Positions 1 to 12,517 of a DNA stretch of 64,000 bases are shown here, piece after piece. A program made the translations under genes and the position numbers. The notes below the pieces were generated by a model that was given only the letters and a program-made list of their open reading frames with translations, was not told the origin of the DNA and searched no databases. This DNA is from Macrostomum lignano (Eukaryota): NCBI GenBank assembly GCA_002269645.1, contig NIVC01001892.1, positions 124,001-188,000 on the forward strand, given 5' to 3'. The first letter of the stretch is position 1; each line of letters starts with the position of its first letter.

Positions 1-917
1 GGGCCGCCTGAGAACCTGTGGAGCCGGGCGGATGTGCAGTGCGCACCGGAAATCTCTGCCGCCGCCATGTCAAGCGAGCCGACCAGCTCGATGGCCGAGT
101 GCACCTACAAGGCGGAGCAGAACTCCGTGCCGACGGACTTCTTAGTGGCCCAGTTCCACCGACTCGCCAGGACCTGCTCGGTGGGAAAGTATTGCTCAGT
201 TCGGCACCACCTGAGTCCCGGCCAGACTGCTGACTGCGAGGTGTACTATCGCTATCCCAGGGGCTACCGAGCCTACAATGCTAAGCTGACGGATGTCTGG
301 CTTGCTGACGACACGTACAGGCTGGATAACCAGCTGTGCCAGGCTGACGAGGACACGAACCGCCTGCACCCGGTGAACGTCCAGTGGACGTCTGATGGCG
401 CCGTGTTCGACGGCACCACCGCCTACGCCGTTCTCAACAAGTCGAGCCTGAGCTTCGCCTCCGGCCTCACCTGGCTCTTGAGGTTCAAACGGCAGCCGCG
501 TGACCAGCCGTTCTTTGAGTTCGCGAACTGCAGCGACATGAACCAGATTAGCGGGCACGGCGTCCACCTGTGGGAAATCTCCTCCCCCATGAGGCTGTAC
601 GCCAGGGCCAACAGGATCACCGGGGCCCAGCTGCCCTTCGTCTACTCCGACCAGGCACTGTCACCCAGTTCGAGCTTCTGGCTCAACATCGGATTCACCT
701 GTTCGTGAACGACTCGTTTGTGCCGCGCTCCAGCCTGACGGAGTCTCCCGACTCCGATGCCGCCTGGGTGGACAACCAGGGCCTCTGCCTCTACCTGGGC
801 ATGCGGCTCGACCACTCCACCAATCCAAAATTCATGGGTACCTTCAGGACCATCGCCTTCGCCAACTCTAACATGACTGAGGAAGAGATTCGCGAGTTCT
901 TCAACCTGATTGGCTGA
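1..917 (+). pseudogene. 3' part of a PAN-like + concanavalin A/LamG-like domain gene, frameshifted near 697 (pseudogene or assembly error)
   Basis: The frame is open from base 1 (GPPENLWSRADVQC...ECTY...CSVGKYC). A LamG-like segment (VQWTSDGAVFDGTTAY...LTWLLRFK...WLNIGFT) follows, and its natural continuation (LFVND...LYLGMRLD...FMGTFRTIAF...EEIREFF*) lies in another frame, ending at TGA 915-917. Confidence 0.6.
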
Positions 918-926
918 TCCCCTGAA

Positions 927-2670
927 GTGACTTGGGATCAGTGACTTGGGATCAGTGACTTGGGATCAGTAGCTTGGGATCAGTAGCTTGGGATCAGTGA
1001 CTTGGGATCAGTAGCTTGGGATCAGTAGCTTGGGATCAGTGACTTGGGATCAGTGACTTGGGATCAGTAGCTTGGGATCAGTGACTTGGGATCAGTGACT
1101 TGGGATCAGTGACTTGGGATCAGTAGCTTGGGATCAGTGACTTGGGATCAGTGACTTGGGATCAGTAGCTTGGGATCAGTGACTTGGGATCAGTGACTTG
1201 GGATCAGTAGCTTGGGATCAGTGACTTGGGATCAGTGACTTGGGATCAGTAGCTTGGGATCAGTAGCTTGGGATCAGTGACTTGGGATCAGTGACTTGAG
1301 ATCAGTGACTTGAGATCAGTGACTTGAAATCAGTGACTTGGGATCAGTAGCTTGGGATCAGTGACTTGGGATCAGTAGCTTGGGATCAGTAGCTTGGGAT
1401 CAGTGACTTGGGATCAGTAGCTTGGGATCAGTGACTTGGGATCAGTAGCTTGGGATCAGTGACTTGGGATCAGTGACTTGGGATCAGTGACTTGGGATCA
1501 CTGACTTGGGATCAGTAGCTTGGGATCAGTGACTTGGGATCAGTAGCTTGGGATCAGTAGCTTGGGATCAGTGACTTGGGATCAGTGACTTGGGATCAGT
1601 GACTTGGGATCAGTGACTTGGGATCAGTAGCTTGGGATCAGTGACTTGGGATCAGTGACTTGGGATCACTGACTTGGGATCAGTAGCTTGGGATCAGTGA
1701 CTTGGGATCAGTAGCTTGGGATCAGTAGCTTGGGATCAGTGACTTGGGATCAGTGACTTGGGATCAGTAGCTTGGGATCAGTGACTTGGGATCAGTGACT
1801 TGGGATCAGTGACTTGGGATCAGTGACTTGGGATCAGTAGCTTGGGATCAGTGACTTGGGATCAGTGACTTGGGATCAGTGACTTGGGATCAGTGACTTG
1901 GGATCAGTAGCTTGGGATCAGTGACTTGGGATCAGTAGCTTGGGATCAGTAGCTTGGGATCAGTGACTTGGGATCAGTAGCTTGGGATCAGTAGCTTGGG
2001 ATCAGTAGCTTGGGATCAGTAGCTTGGGATCAGTAGCTTGGGATCAGTGACTTAGGATCAGTGACTGGGGATCAGTAGCTTGGGATCAGTGACTTAGGAT
2101 CAGTAGCTTGGGATCAGTAGCTTGGGATCAGTGACTTGGGATCAGTAGCTTGGGATCAGTGACTTGGGATCAGTGACTTGGGATCAGTAGCTTGGGATCA
2201 GTAGCTTGGGATCAGTAGCTTGGGATCAGTAGCTTGGGATCAGTGACTTGGGATCAGTAGCTTGGGATCAGTAGCTTGGGATCAGTAGCTTGGGATCAGT
2301 GACTTGGGATCAGTGACTGGGGATCAGTAGCTTGGGATCAGTGACTTAGGATCAGTAGCTTGGGATCAGTGACTTGGGATCAGTGACTGGGGATCAGTAG
2401 CTTGGGATCAGTAGCTTGGGATCAGTAGCTTGGGATCAGTAGCTTGGGATCAGTAGCTTGGGATCAGTAGCTTGGGATCAGTAGCTTGGGATCAGTAGCT
2501 TGGGATCAGTGACTGGGATCAGTAGCTTGGGATCAGTGACTTAGGATCAGTGACTGGGGATCAGTAGCTTGGGATCAGTGACTTGGGATCAGTGACTTGG
2601 GATCAGTGACTTAGGATCAGTGACTTGGGATCAGTAGCTTGGGATCAGTGACTTAGGATCAGTGACTTGG
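927..2670 (+). repeat. 14-bp minisatellite, about 124 units, two interspersed variants
   Basis: Units GTGACTTGGGATCA and GTAGCTTGGGATCA. The array starts about 10 bp after the stop codon at 917. Confidence 0.97.
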
Positions 2671-3387
2671 AGTAACAGCTGGAGTAACTTCGGATCAGCT
2701 GGAGTAACTTCGGATCAGCTGGAGTAGTGTGAGATTTTTCTCGGTTGCAACCTGTGATCAAATTGAATAACGGGGCTCTCAGTAACAGCACAACAGAAGC
2801 AAATGGAACTTATTTATCAATTTTAATTCTCAAACAGTCTGCAAATATGAGGTACAAATTATTCCTTAGTAACATCGTAGCTACTGATCTGCAGCTGTTG
2901 CACACATTTCTGCCGCTGGCCACATGTGTCAATATTAAAATCAAAAATTTTTCTAAAGTCTGTTTATTTTTTCTTATCAAAAAGCTAAAAAACTATTTTT
3001 GAACCCATTTCCAGTATCTAATTTTTTAAACAATTTAATTTGAAAACCCAATTTAAACAAGACTTTCTGGCCTGAGTAAATTTTGTTTAACTATAACTTT
3101 CGATTTGCTATCTTTTTGCATTATTGCGTATTTGTAAACTCGTTTTGAAAAAATATTGCCACGCGCAAGTACAAGTTGCTCTTTTGAAGACATTACATGT
3201 ACTACCAAAGAAACTTGAAGCTTTCTATCTAATGTGTAATCCTATACAGCTCGTACTTAATTCCTCTGCTGCTGCAAAGTCAGAATAATTCAATTTACTG
3301 ATAATTTAATAAATTTACAAGTCCACCTAGGTGTTGATTCTGCTGTGCAATAAGCTTCTGCGTGTTTTTATATGGGGCGCTGTCACA

Positions 3388-3560
3388 GGGTGATCGAGGT
3401 GATTTCTCACGGATGATGGCTTCTCACGGGTGATTTCTCACGGATGATGGCTTCTCACGGGCGATTTCTCATGGATGATGGCTTCTCACGAGTGATTTCT
3501 CACGGATGATGGCTTCTCACGAGTGATTTCTCACGGGATAATTTCTCTTGGGTGATTTCT
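3388..3560 (+). repeat. Short ~31-bp tandem repeat built from ~15-16-bp subunits
   Basis: GGTGATTTCTCACGGATGATGGCTTCTCACG repeated about 4-5 times. Confidence 0.85.
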
Positions 3561-3704
3561 CACTAGGGGATTCGAAAAAAGGAGATTTTAACGTGTCCAA
3601 GTGTTGACTGCGGCCCTCAATGCTATTAAATGTGTAAAAAATTCTTAGTTTTTCTTCTTCATTTCCATGATGCAGCATGCAAAGTTGACTGAGAGGGCAT
3701 CAGC

Positions 3705-3955
3705 CTAGCCTGTCCTGATATAATAGCCTGTCCTGATATAATAGCCTGTCCTGATATAATAGCCTGTCCTGATTTAATAGCCTGTCCTGATTTAATAGCC
3801 TGTCCTTATATAATAGCCTGTCCTTATATAATAGCCTGTCCTGATATAATAGCCTGTCCTGATATAATAGCCTGTCCTGATATAATAGCCTGTCCTGATA
3901 TAATAGCCTGTCCTGATATAATAGCCTGTCCTGATATAATAGCCTGTCCTGATTT
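3705..3955 (+). repeat. 18-bp tandem repeat
   Basis: TAGCCTGTCCTGATATAA, about 13 copies. Confidence 0.95.
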
Positions 3956-4436
3956 AATTAAATTAAATACAATATATAATTAAATATATTATATATAAAT
4001 TATATACGAATATGGACATATATGTAGTAGACAAGCATGTAATATGTAGCTTGAATCATGTCGCAGCCTCGGGCAATTATAATTACATCATCGGTGAACT
4101 GCAAACTGCACAGCATCTCGACAGCTATATGGCTGGTAGCTGCTGCACTGATTGCCACTTCAAAGCATCTTCATTAACCGAGGCAGCTGTGCAGCAATCT
4201 TGGCTTGTGCGCTTCAGCTCTTCGGTGTTGGCGAGGCCTCGGTCTTCATGCGTTCTTCCACTAGCAGCTAAGATCATTAAGAATAGGATTTGGGATAGGT
4301 TGGGGAATCAGAATCAGAGAGGGCGAGTGCAGGCCGCCTTAAAAGTCTGCTTCCAGTTTAGAAGGTTTTTGTCATTTATGAGGGCGGGATTCAACTACAT
4401 CTGATACTGAATAATTTCAGATGACGCACGAGCGAG

Positions 4437-4437
4437 T

Positions 4438-4470
<33 letters not shown>

Positions 4471-4471
4471 G

Positions 4472-4530
<59 letters not shown>

Positions 4531-4555
4531 GTGTCTGTGTGTCTGTGTGTCTGTG

Positions 4556-4606
<51 letters not shown>

Positions 4607-4651
4607 GTGTCTGTGTGTCTGTCTGTCTGTCTGTGTGTCTGTCTGTCTGTG

Positions 4652-4686
<35 letters not shown>

Positions 4687-4815
4687 GTGTCTGTCTGTCT
4701 GTCTGTGTGTCTGTGTGTCTGTGTGTCTGTTTTAGTGTCTGTCTGTCTGTCTGTGTGTCTGTGTGTCTGTGTGTCTGTGTGTCTGTCTGTCTGTGTGTCT
4801 GTCTGTCTGTCTGTG

Positions 4816-4854
<39 letters not shown>

Positions 4855-4855
4855 G

Positions 4856-4912
<57 letters not shown>

Positions 4913-4951
4913 TAGTGTCTGTCTTAGTGTCTGTCTTAGTGTCTGTCTTAG

Positions 4952-5006
<55 letters not shown>
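4437..5006 (+). repeat. (GTCT)n/(GTGT) compound microsatellite
   Basis: Direct reading. It generates the SVCL/QTDR pseudo-ORFs. Confidence 0.97.
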
Positions 5007-5288
5007 ATTAGTCTTTGTCCCTGTCTGCCCCCATTACCATACATTAAAGATGGGGCATCCTGTGCCACTACCCTGCAATTTAGAGCTTCAGCTGCAGCAC
5101 CGGCCATCAGCCAATAAGGATATTTTCAAGATCGGGCACAAATCGGGTTCTCCATGTCCTTCATTCGAATGTGGCCAGTGCTTCGAAGCCTATAAATAAT
5201 TGGCTCGTCCAGAGCCGCTACTCAAAAAATCCATCCGTCTCGAAGCATAGAAATAACATTTGAAGAGCACAAAACATAAAAACGATCG

Positions 5289-7699
5289 ATGGACATCTCT
5301 GGCCTAACGGTGCCCTACAACCTCACCACCGGCAGCATGCTGCATGTTGTGCCCGGTGAGTCTTTGGGTTGCGCCTGACAGTACTTTGAGCTGAGGCGAA
5401 AAGATGGGGGAGAAAGAGGGAGAAGAGAGAAGAAATGAAGAGAGGAGATGGAGAGAGAGAGAGAGAGAAGAGGGAAGAGATGGGGAGATAGAGACGAGAG
5501 AGGAGATGGGGAGAGAGAAGAGAAAAGATGAAGAGGGAGAAGAGAGAGGAGATGAGAGAGAAGAGAGGGGAGATGGGGGAGAAGAGAGAGGAGATGGGGA
5601 GAGAAGAGAGAGGAGATGGGGAGAGAAGAGAGAGGAGATGGGGAGAGAAGAGAGAGGAGATGGGGAGAGAAGAGAGAGGAGATGGGGAGAGAAGAGAGAG
5701 AGGAGATGGGGAGAGAAGAGAGAGGAGATGGGGAGAGAAGAGAGAGGAGATGGGGAGAAAAGAGAGGGGAGATGGGGGAGAAGAGAGAGAGGAGATGGGG
5801 AGAGAGAAGAGAGAAGAGATGAAGACGGAGAAGATAGAGGAGATGGAGAGAGAAGAGAGGGGAGATGGGGGAGAAGAGAGAGAGGAGATAGGGGAGAGAA
5901 GAGAGAGGAGATAGGGGGAGAGAAGAGAGAGGAGATGGGGAGAGAAGAGAGGGGAGATGGGGGAGAAGAGAGAGAGGAGATGGGGAGAGAAGAGAGAGGA
6001 GATGGGGGAGAAGAGAGAGGAGATGGGGAGAGAAGAGAGAGGAGATGGGGAGAGAAGAGAGAGGAGATGGGGAGAGAAGAGAGAGGAGATGGGGAGAGAA
6101 GAGAGAGGAGATGGGGAGAGAAGAGAGAGGAGATGGGGAGAGAAGAGAGAGGAGATGGGGAGAGAAGAGAGAGGAGATGGGGAGAGAAGAGAGAGGAGAT
6201 GGGGAGAGAAGAGAGAGGAGATGGGGAGAGAAGAGAGAGGAGATGGGGAGAGAGAGAGAGGAGATGGGGAGAGAAGAGAGAGGAGATGGGGAGAGAAGAG
6301 AGAGGAGATTATATCTTGATCTCGTCCCGCCCCTGCAACCCGCAGAGGTCACCTACCCGGGCCTGGTGATCCTGTTTCTTGGCTCTGTTTTCGGCGGGAT
6401 CGGCAATTCGCTGGTCATTCTGGCAGTTGTGCTGCGCCCAGTAAGTTTGGCGACAGAAGTTGTAAATCACTTTTCACTTGAATTCTTGGATTAATCGATA
6501 AGCCATTATTAATCAATTTAGCCTGTTCGGGACCCCAAAGGAGGGGCAGCTGTGCTAGTCCACGGCACTAAAATACGAGCTATTTCATAAGAAGCTTGTG
6601 TGGACTTACACTGTGCACTTTAGGGCCAGACAAGCTAGTCCATTAAGTATTTCGGATTTAGTCGTTAAATCGAAGACACCTGAGAACTATAGGTGCTGTG
6701 TAAATACGTTAATCCCGCAAATCCATTTCTCAGTCGCTGCACCAGCTCAACAACTTCTTCGTGGTGAATCTGGCCGTCTCTGACCTCCTCATGACTCTGA
6801 TTATTGAGCCGTTTGGCATTGTCAGTGAGTTTCCGCTTCGGTAGATAAAGTATTGATTTTCCTCCTCATTGAGCCCCCCCCCCTGCAAACTGTTGCCTCA
6901 AAACTTCACGGGCCTGCTGTTCCCCATGCACCCAGGCATCTTCCACGGCCAGATCTACTACATGCAGCGGCCGGCTCTGTGCATCTTCGTGGCCTCGCTG
7001 TGCCTCACCGCCTGCTACTGCTCCCTGCTGAGCCTGGGTGCCATCGCCATCAACCGATACATCCACATCTGCCACCCCGCCCGCTACCGCTCAGTCTTCA
7101 CCCGCCGCTCCACCCTGGCCACCTGCGCGGCCCTGTGGATCGTCAGCTTCCTGCTGGAGATGCCCAACTTCCTGGGCTGGGGCGGCCACGCCTACGACTG
7201 GAAGAACATCACCTGCCTGTGGGACCGCCTGGCCTCCAGGTCCTACACCATCTTCTTCGGCTTCGTTGCCGTTGGCCTCCCGTGTTGCGTCATCGTCATC
7301 TGCTACACCCTGATCTTCCTGCGCATCCGCCAGGTTACCAAGAATGTCCAGAAACTGCAGCAGCAGCAGCAGCAGCAGAGCTTCAGCTCCTTCAGACTGG
7401 CCAAGACCCTCTTTCTCGTGTTCGCCGTGCTCGTCATCTGCTGGACTCCGTTCACCGTGCTGGTTGTCTTCGACCACAACAACCACCTGCCGATACACCT
7501 GCACGCGTACAGCACCTTCTTGGCGCACTCCAACTCCTCCGTCAACTTCCTGGTGTACGGCCTGACCAACCGGGAGTTCCTCAGGGGCTACCAGGAGGCT
7601 CTGCGGCGACTGGCCGCCGCCTGCCATCTTGGCGGCCGCAGCAGCAGGGTTGCCGCGGAGCCGGACCGCAACTCTGTCGCCATGCGGGAAGAAGATTGA
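5289..7699 (+). CDS. Class A (rhodopsin-family) GPCR, melatonin-receptor-like, 338 aa, 4 exons
   Basis: Exons 5289-5355, 6346-6440, 6734-6824 and 6936-7699 are joined by GT-AG introns in compatible phases (1,0,1). Motifs: N-glycosylation site NLT, TM1 GN, TM2 NLAVSDL, TM3 NRYIHICH (NRY in place of DRY), TM6 CWTP, TM7 NSSVNFLVYG..NREF. Confidence 0.9.
5400..6308 (+). repeat. GA-rich ~22-bp tandem repeat in GPCR intron 1
   Basis: GAGAGGAGATGGGGAGAGAAGA units. Confidence 0.95.
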
Positions 7700-7705
7700 G
7701 GTTGG

Positions 7706-7752
<47 letters not shown>

Positions 7753-7756
7753 CCCG

Positions 7757-7788
<32 letters not shown>

Positions 7789-7792
7789 CCCG

Positions 7793-7884
<92 letters not shown>

Positions 7885-7888
7885 CCCG

Positions 7889-7924
<36 letters not shown>

Positions 7925-7928
7925 CCCG

Positions 7929-7960
<32 letters not shown>

Positions 7961-7964
7961 CCCG

Positions 7965-8016
<52 letters not shown>

Positions 8017-8540
8017 CCTCATCGCCTCACTGCCTCCCTCATCGCCTCACTGCCTCCCTCATCGCCTCACTGCCTCCCTCATCGCCTCACTGCCTCCCTC
8101 ATCGCCTCACTGCCTTCCTCATCGCCTCACTGCCTCCCTCATCGCCTCACTGCCTCCCTCATCGCCTCACTGCCTCCCTCATCGCCTCACTGCCTCCCTC
8201 ATCGCCTCACTGCCTCCCTCATCGCCTCACTGCCTGCATCATCGCCTCACTGCCTGCATCATCGCCTCACTGCCTGCATCATCGCCTCACTGCCTGGATC
8301 ATCGCCTCACTGCCTGCATCATCGCCTCACTGCCTGCCTCATCGCCTCACTGCCTGCATCATCGCCTCACTGCCTGCCTCATCGCCTCACTGCCTGCATC
8401 ATCGCCTCACTGCCTGCCTCATCGCCTCACTGCCTGCATCATTGCCTCACTGCCTGCCTCATCGCCTCACTGCCTGCATCATCGCCTCACTGCCTGCATC
8501 ATCGCCTCACTGCCTGCCTCATCGCCTCACTGCCTCCCTT
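7706..8540 (+). repeat. (CTGC)n microsatellite (7706-8012) grading into a 20-bp repeat (8013-8540)
   Basis: CCTG runs followed by CCTCATCGCCTCACTGCCTC units. It begins about 7 bp after the GPCR stop. Confidence 0.95.
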
Positions 8541-9074
8541 ATTCACAACTTCTTTGATTTGCAGGCAGGTCACCAACTAATTAGTAGGTTCAGATTTTTT
8601 CGGAACTCAAAGAAACTCGTCATGCAGACCTGGAGAATTAATGAAATTTTTTGTGTCATCAAGGATTTTCTGTCATTGCTGTTGTTAATTAGCATGCTGG
8701 ATCACACGCAGACCGTGTCTATTAAGGAATAGAAGCAGATGCACCAATTTTAGCCATTCGAAGAGCACAGAGTTCGAGCCCATCTAGGGCGCGCAAATAC
8801 ACAGTTATAAATCATAGTCAATATTGTTCACGCACCACATGCCTTCTTGGATTCTTTGAAGCTTTTCTACTTCAAGTTGGCTGTAATTATTCGCCACACC
8901 GATCAAATGAATTACCATCATTAGCCAGTTAGCACCTGTCAGATCTCTGGCGCGTGACATCGCATTGGTTTAGCGATCAACTGATAAAATTTTTCCTTGT
9001 TAACTTTCTCTGGACTGTGTGAATTGCAGATCAGGTTCTTCAAAGTGAATTCATTATTTATCGCTTCAGAGTCT

Positions 9075-9810
9075 GCCCCTGTCTGCGAACTCCCTGTGTG
9101 ACTGCCTTCTCCCTGTCACTCTCTGCCCTCTCACTGTCCTCTCCTCGTCCCTGCCCTCTCCCTGTCCCCTCCCAGTATCCCCGCCCCTGCCCTCTCCCTG
9201 TCCCCTCCCAGTATCCCCGCCCCTGCCCTCTCCCTGTCCCCTCCCAGTATCCCCGCCTCTGCCCTCTCCCTGTCCCCTCCCAGTCTCCCTGTCCCTGCCC
9301 TCTCCCTGTCCCCTCCCAGTCTCCCCGCCCCTGCCCTCTCCCTGTCCCCTCCCAGTCTCCCTGTCCCTGCCCTCTCCCTGTCCCCTCCCAGTCTCCCTGT
9401 CCCTGCCCTCTCCCTGTCCCCTCCCAGTCTCCCCGCCCCTGCCCTCTCCCTGTCCCCTCCCAGTCTCCCTGTCCCTGCCCTCTCCCTGTCCCCTCCCAGT
9501 ATCCCCGCCCTGCCCTCTCCCTGTCCCCTCCCAGTCTCCCTGTCCCTGCCCTCTCCCTGTCCCCTCCCAGTCTCCCCGCCCCTGCCCTCTCCCTGTCCCC
9601 TCACAGTCTCCCTGTCCCTGCCCTCTCTCCGCCCTCTCCCTGTCTCTCTCTGCCATCTGCCTGTCTCTCTCTGCTGTCTGCCTGTCTCTCTCTGCTGTCT
9701 GCCTGTCTCTCTCTGCTGTCTGCCTGTCTCTCTCTGCCATCTGCCTGTCTCTCTCTGCCATCTGCCTGTCTCTCTCTGCTGTCTGCCTGTCTCTCTCTGC
9801 CTCTCCCTGT
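9075..9810 (+). repeat. CT-rich compound minisatellite
   Basis: CCCTGCCCTCTCCCTGTCCCCTCCCAGT-type units followed by CTGCCTGTCTCTCTCTG-type units. Confidence 0.9.
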
Positions 9811-10254
9811 CTAAATGGCTAATGGTTGTATAACAACAAAATAATGCGTAGCGTTAGTTAGTAGCGCGCCTGTCTTCGCCGGTAGTAGGGTGCCTGCAGC
9901 GGCTTTGCGCAGTTCAAATCGGCGCTGGCAGAAAAAAGCAGCCAGAAATGCAGAGCATTAAAAGTGCAATCATGAAGTGAATTTGTCCAGTGAAAAGTGC
10001 CAAATAAGTCGCATTTCTCCACCTGTACTGTTAGCAGTTGCTACACAAGCCCTGCAGAATTGCGCTCGAGCAGTCGCAACCTTTGGCTTCGGATTTGCGC
10101 CAGCCTGTGCCCCTCCCCGCACGCCTTCCCTTATCAGTCAGCCGCAGATTTCAAGCAAAACCAAAGAGTCCCGTGGCTTCTGCTCTCCTGCTTTCCACTT
10201 TCTGCTTTTGCGAAACTTTCGCAACTCAATAGAAGAGAGCCATTAAAAGAAACG

Positions 10255-12517
10255 ATGTCAAGCAGCGAGCAGCAAACTAGCAGCCACAGCCGCCGAGTCC
10301 TCCTGCTCAACCTGTTCTTCGGCTTCCTGGCCGTGGCCGGGCAGGTCGGCCAGAACGTCTCCCTGCCGCTGTGGATCGACTCCGGTCGGCCGGACACCTG
10401 CGGCAACCGGTCAACAGGCAACAGCAGCGCAGGCGGCGAGCTGTCTGCGGACCCGCCGCTGCTTCTAGAAGAAGAGGAGCCGCTGCAGCAGTGGGTAGGC
10501 GGCGGGCCGGCGAACTGCACAGTCGGGCGCAGCATCGACAGCTACTTTGTGTACACCTTCGCCTGCACCAGCTTCGTGCTGATCTTCGGCCTGCTGCTCA
10601 TCCCCATCAAGCTGCTCAGCCCCAGCAGCCTGGGACAGACGGAGCGCCGCTTCCCCCAGCTCGCGCTCTTCCTCATCGGCTTCTTCGACGCCCTCAACGG
10701 CGTTCTGGTGGTCTTCGCCTCCAGCGGCAAGCGGACCCTGCCGGCCCTGCAGCCGATCCTCAGCAACTTCATGATCCCCCTGAGCGTCACCTTCCGCCTG
10801 GTGCTGCTGCGCAAGTCGCCCAGCCGGCTGAAGGGTCTCGCCGCTCTCGGCGTCTTCCTGGCGCTGGTCGTCAGCCTGCTGCCCACCATGGTGCCCTCGC
10901 TAGGCGCGGAAACCGAGGGCGGAGCTCGCGGCATCGGCCGGGTGCTCTGGCCCGTCGTCTTCATGCTCGGCTTCGTCCCCGCCGCCGTGATGAACGTCCT
11001 GCAGGAGAAGTGGCTGAAGCACCGGCTGGAGGCGGCCGGCGGCGGGCAGCTGAACCTCATCTTCTTCCTGTTCAGCACCAGCTGCTACCAGCTGCTCACC
11101 GCGCTCGCCCTGTTCTGGGTGGACATTGTGCCCGGCTACGGCAACGCCGACAGCCTCTGGCAGCTCGGCGACAGCTGGCGCTTCGGCGTCTCCTGCTTCT
11201 TTGGCGGCGACGGCTGCCCCGCCGACTCCGGCGTCAGGGGCGCCATGTTCATCGGCATGTACACCGTGTCCTACATCGGCGGCGGCCTCATGCTGCGCTA
11301 CGCCGAGGGCGCCACCCTGCTGGCCGTGGTGTCCGCGCTGGTCACCCCGCTGGGGTTCCTGTTCTGGACCTTCTTCCAGGTGGGGCTGGTGGGGATCTGG
11401 ACTGCTGACACTGTGGGATCTGGACTGCTGACACTGTGGGATCTGGACTGCTGACACTGTGGGATCTGGAATGCTGACACTGTGGGATCTGGACTGCTGA
11501 CACTGTGGGATCTGGACTGCTGACACTGTGGGATCTGGACTGCTGACACTGTGGGATCTGGACTGCTGACACTGTGGGATCTGGACTGCTGACACTGTGG
11601 GATCTGGACTGCTGACAATATGGGATCTGGACCCCTGACAATATGGGATCTGGACTGCTGACACTGTGGGATCTGGACTGCTGACAATATGGGATCTGGA
11701 CTCTTGACAATATGGGATCTGGACCCCTGACAATATGGGATCTGGACTCCTGATAGTATGGGATCTGGACTGCTGACAATATGGGATCTGGACTCCTGAT
11801 AGTATGGGATCTGGACTGCTGACAATATGGGATCTGGACTCCTGATAGTATGGGATCTGGACTTCTGACAATATGGGATCTGGACTCCTGATAGTATGGG
11901 ATCTGGACTTCTGACAATATGGGATCTGGACTCCTGAAAATATGGGATCTTTGGACTCTTGACAATATGGGATCTGGACTCTTGAAAATATGGGATCTTT
12001 GGACTCTTGACAATATGGGATCTGGACTCTTGACAATATGGGATCTGGACCCCTGACAATATGGGATCTGGACTCTTGACAATATGGGATCTGGACTCTT
12101 GACAATATGGGATCTGGACTCTTGAAAATATGGGATCTCTGGACTCTTGACAATATGGGATCTGGACTCCTGATAGTATGGGATCTGGACTCCTGACACG
12201 ATGGGATTGCCCAGTAAAAATCCCAGCAACCGCTAAGAGTCGGTCGGCACTGAAGGTGACTCATACTTCACAAAGCATTTTCCCCACCGCGCGCGCAGGA
12301 GGACCCGTTCCAGTTCCACATCCAGACCAGCTACACCACCTGGTTCGCGCTCGCCTCCCTGTCTCTTATGGTGCCGGCAATCCTGGCCTACAACTGGCGC
12401 TCGGAGGCCGCGGACGAAGCCCGGCGGCTGCTCATTCAGGCTGATGAAGCCAATGAGGCTGGCGACTCAGAAGCCGCTGGGAAGTACGGCGGCACCAACA
12501 TCGAGTATTCCGGCTGA
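10255..12517 (+). CDS. CRT-like transporter (chloroquine resistance transporter/CLT family, DMT superfamily), 447 aa, 2 exons
   Basis: Exon 1 is 10255-11379 (ATG TCA AGC...TTC CAG|gt). Exon 2 is 12299-12517 (cgcag|GAG GAC...GGC TGA), phase 0. About 10 hydrophobic segments, with family-like motifs GQNVSLPLW, IGFFDALNG..VVFAS...RT...LQPILSNF.IP, GFVPAAVMNVLQEK and SYIGGGLMLRYAEGATLLAVV. Confidence 0.85.
11390..12200 (+). repeat. 26-27-bp minisatellite filling the CRT-like gene intron
   Basis: GGGATCTGGACTGCTGACACTGT units drifting 5'->3' to GGGATCTGGACTCTTGACAATAT. It starts about 10 bp after the donor. Confidence 0.95.

Noticed and set aside
4391-9814. Long ORFs of SVCL/QTDR, GEKREE, PACL and PSQSP repeats
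   Set aside because: These are translations of microsatellites and minisatellites. The same applies to the ORFs at 22010-22709, 23509-25914, 26568-27955, 47082-48553, 56504-58422 and 62023-63035.
9866-9930. tRNA-like segment with GTTCAAATC
   Set aside because: There is no A box or D arm and the T stem is mismatched, so a cloverleaf cannot be built.
9997-10254. N-terminal extension of the CRT-like ORF from a GTG start
   Set aside because: It has a non-ATG start and a different composition. The first ATG at 10255 precedes TM1 appropriately.
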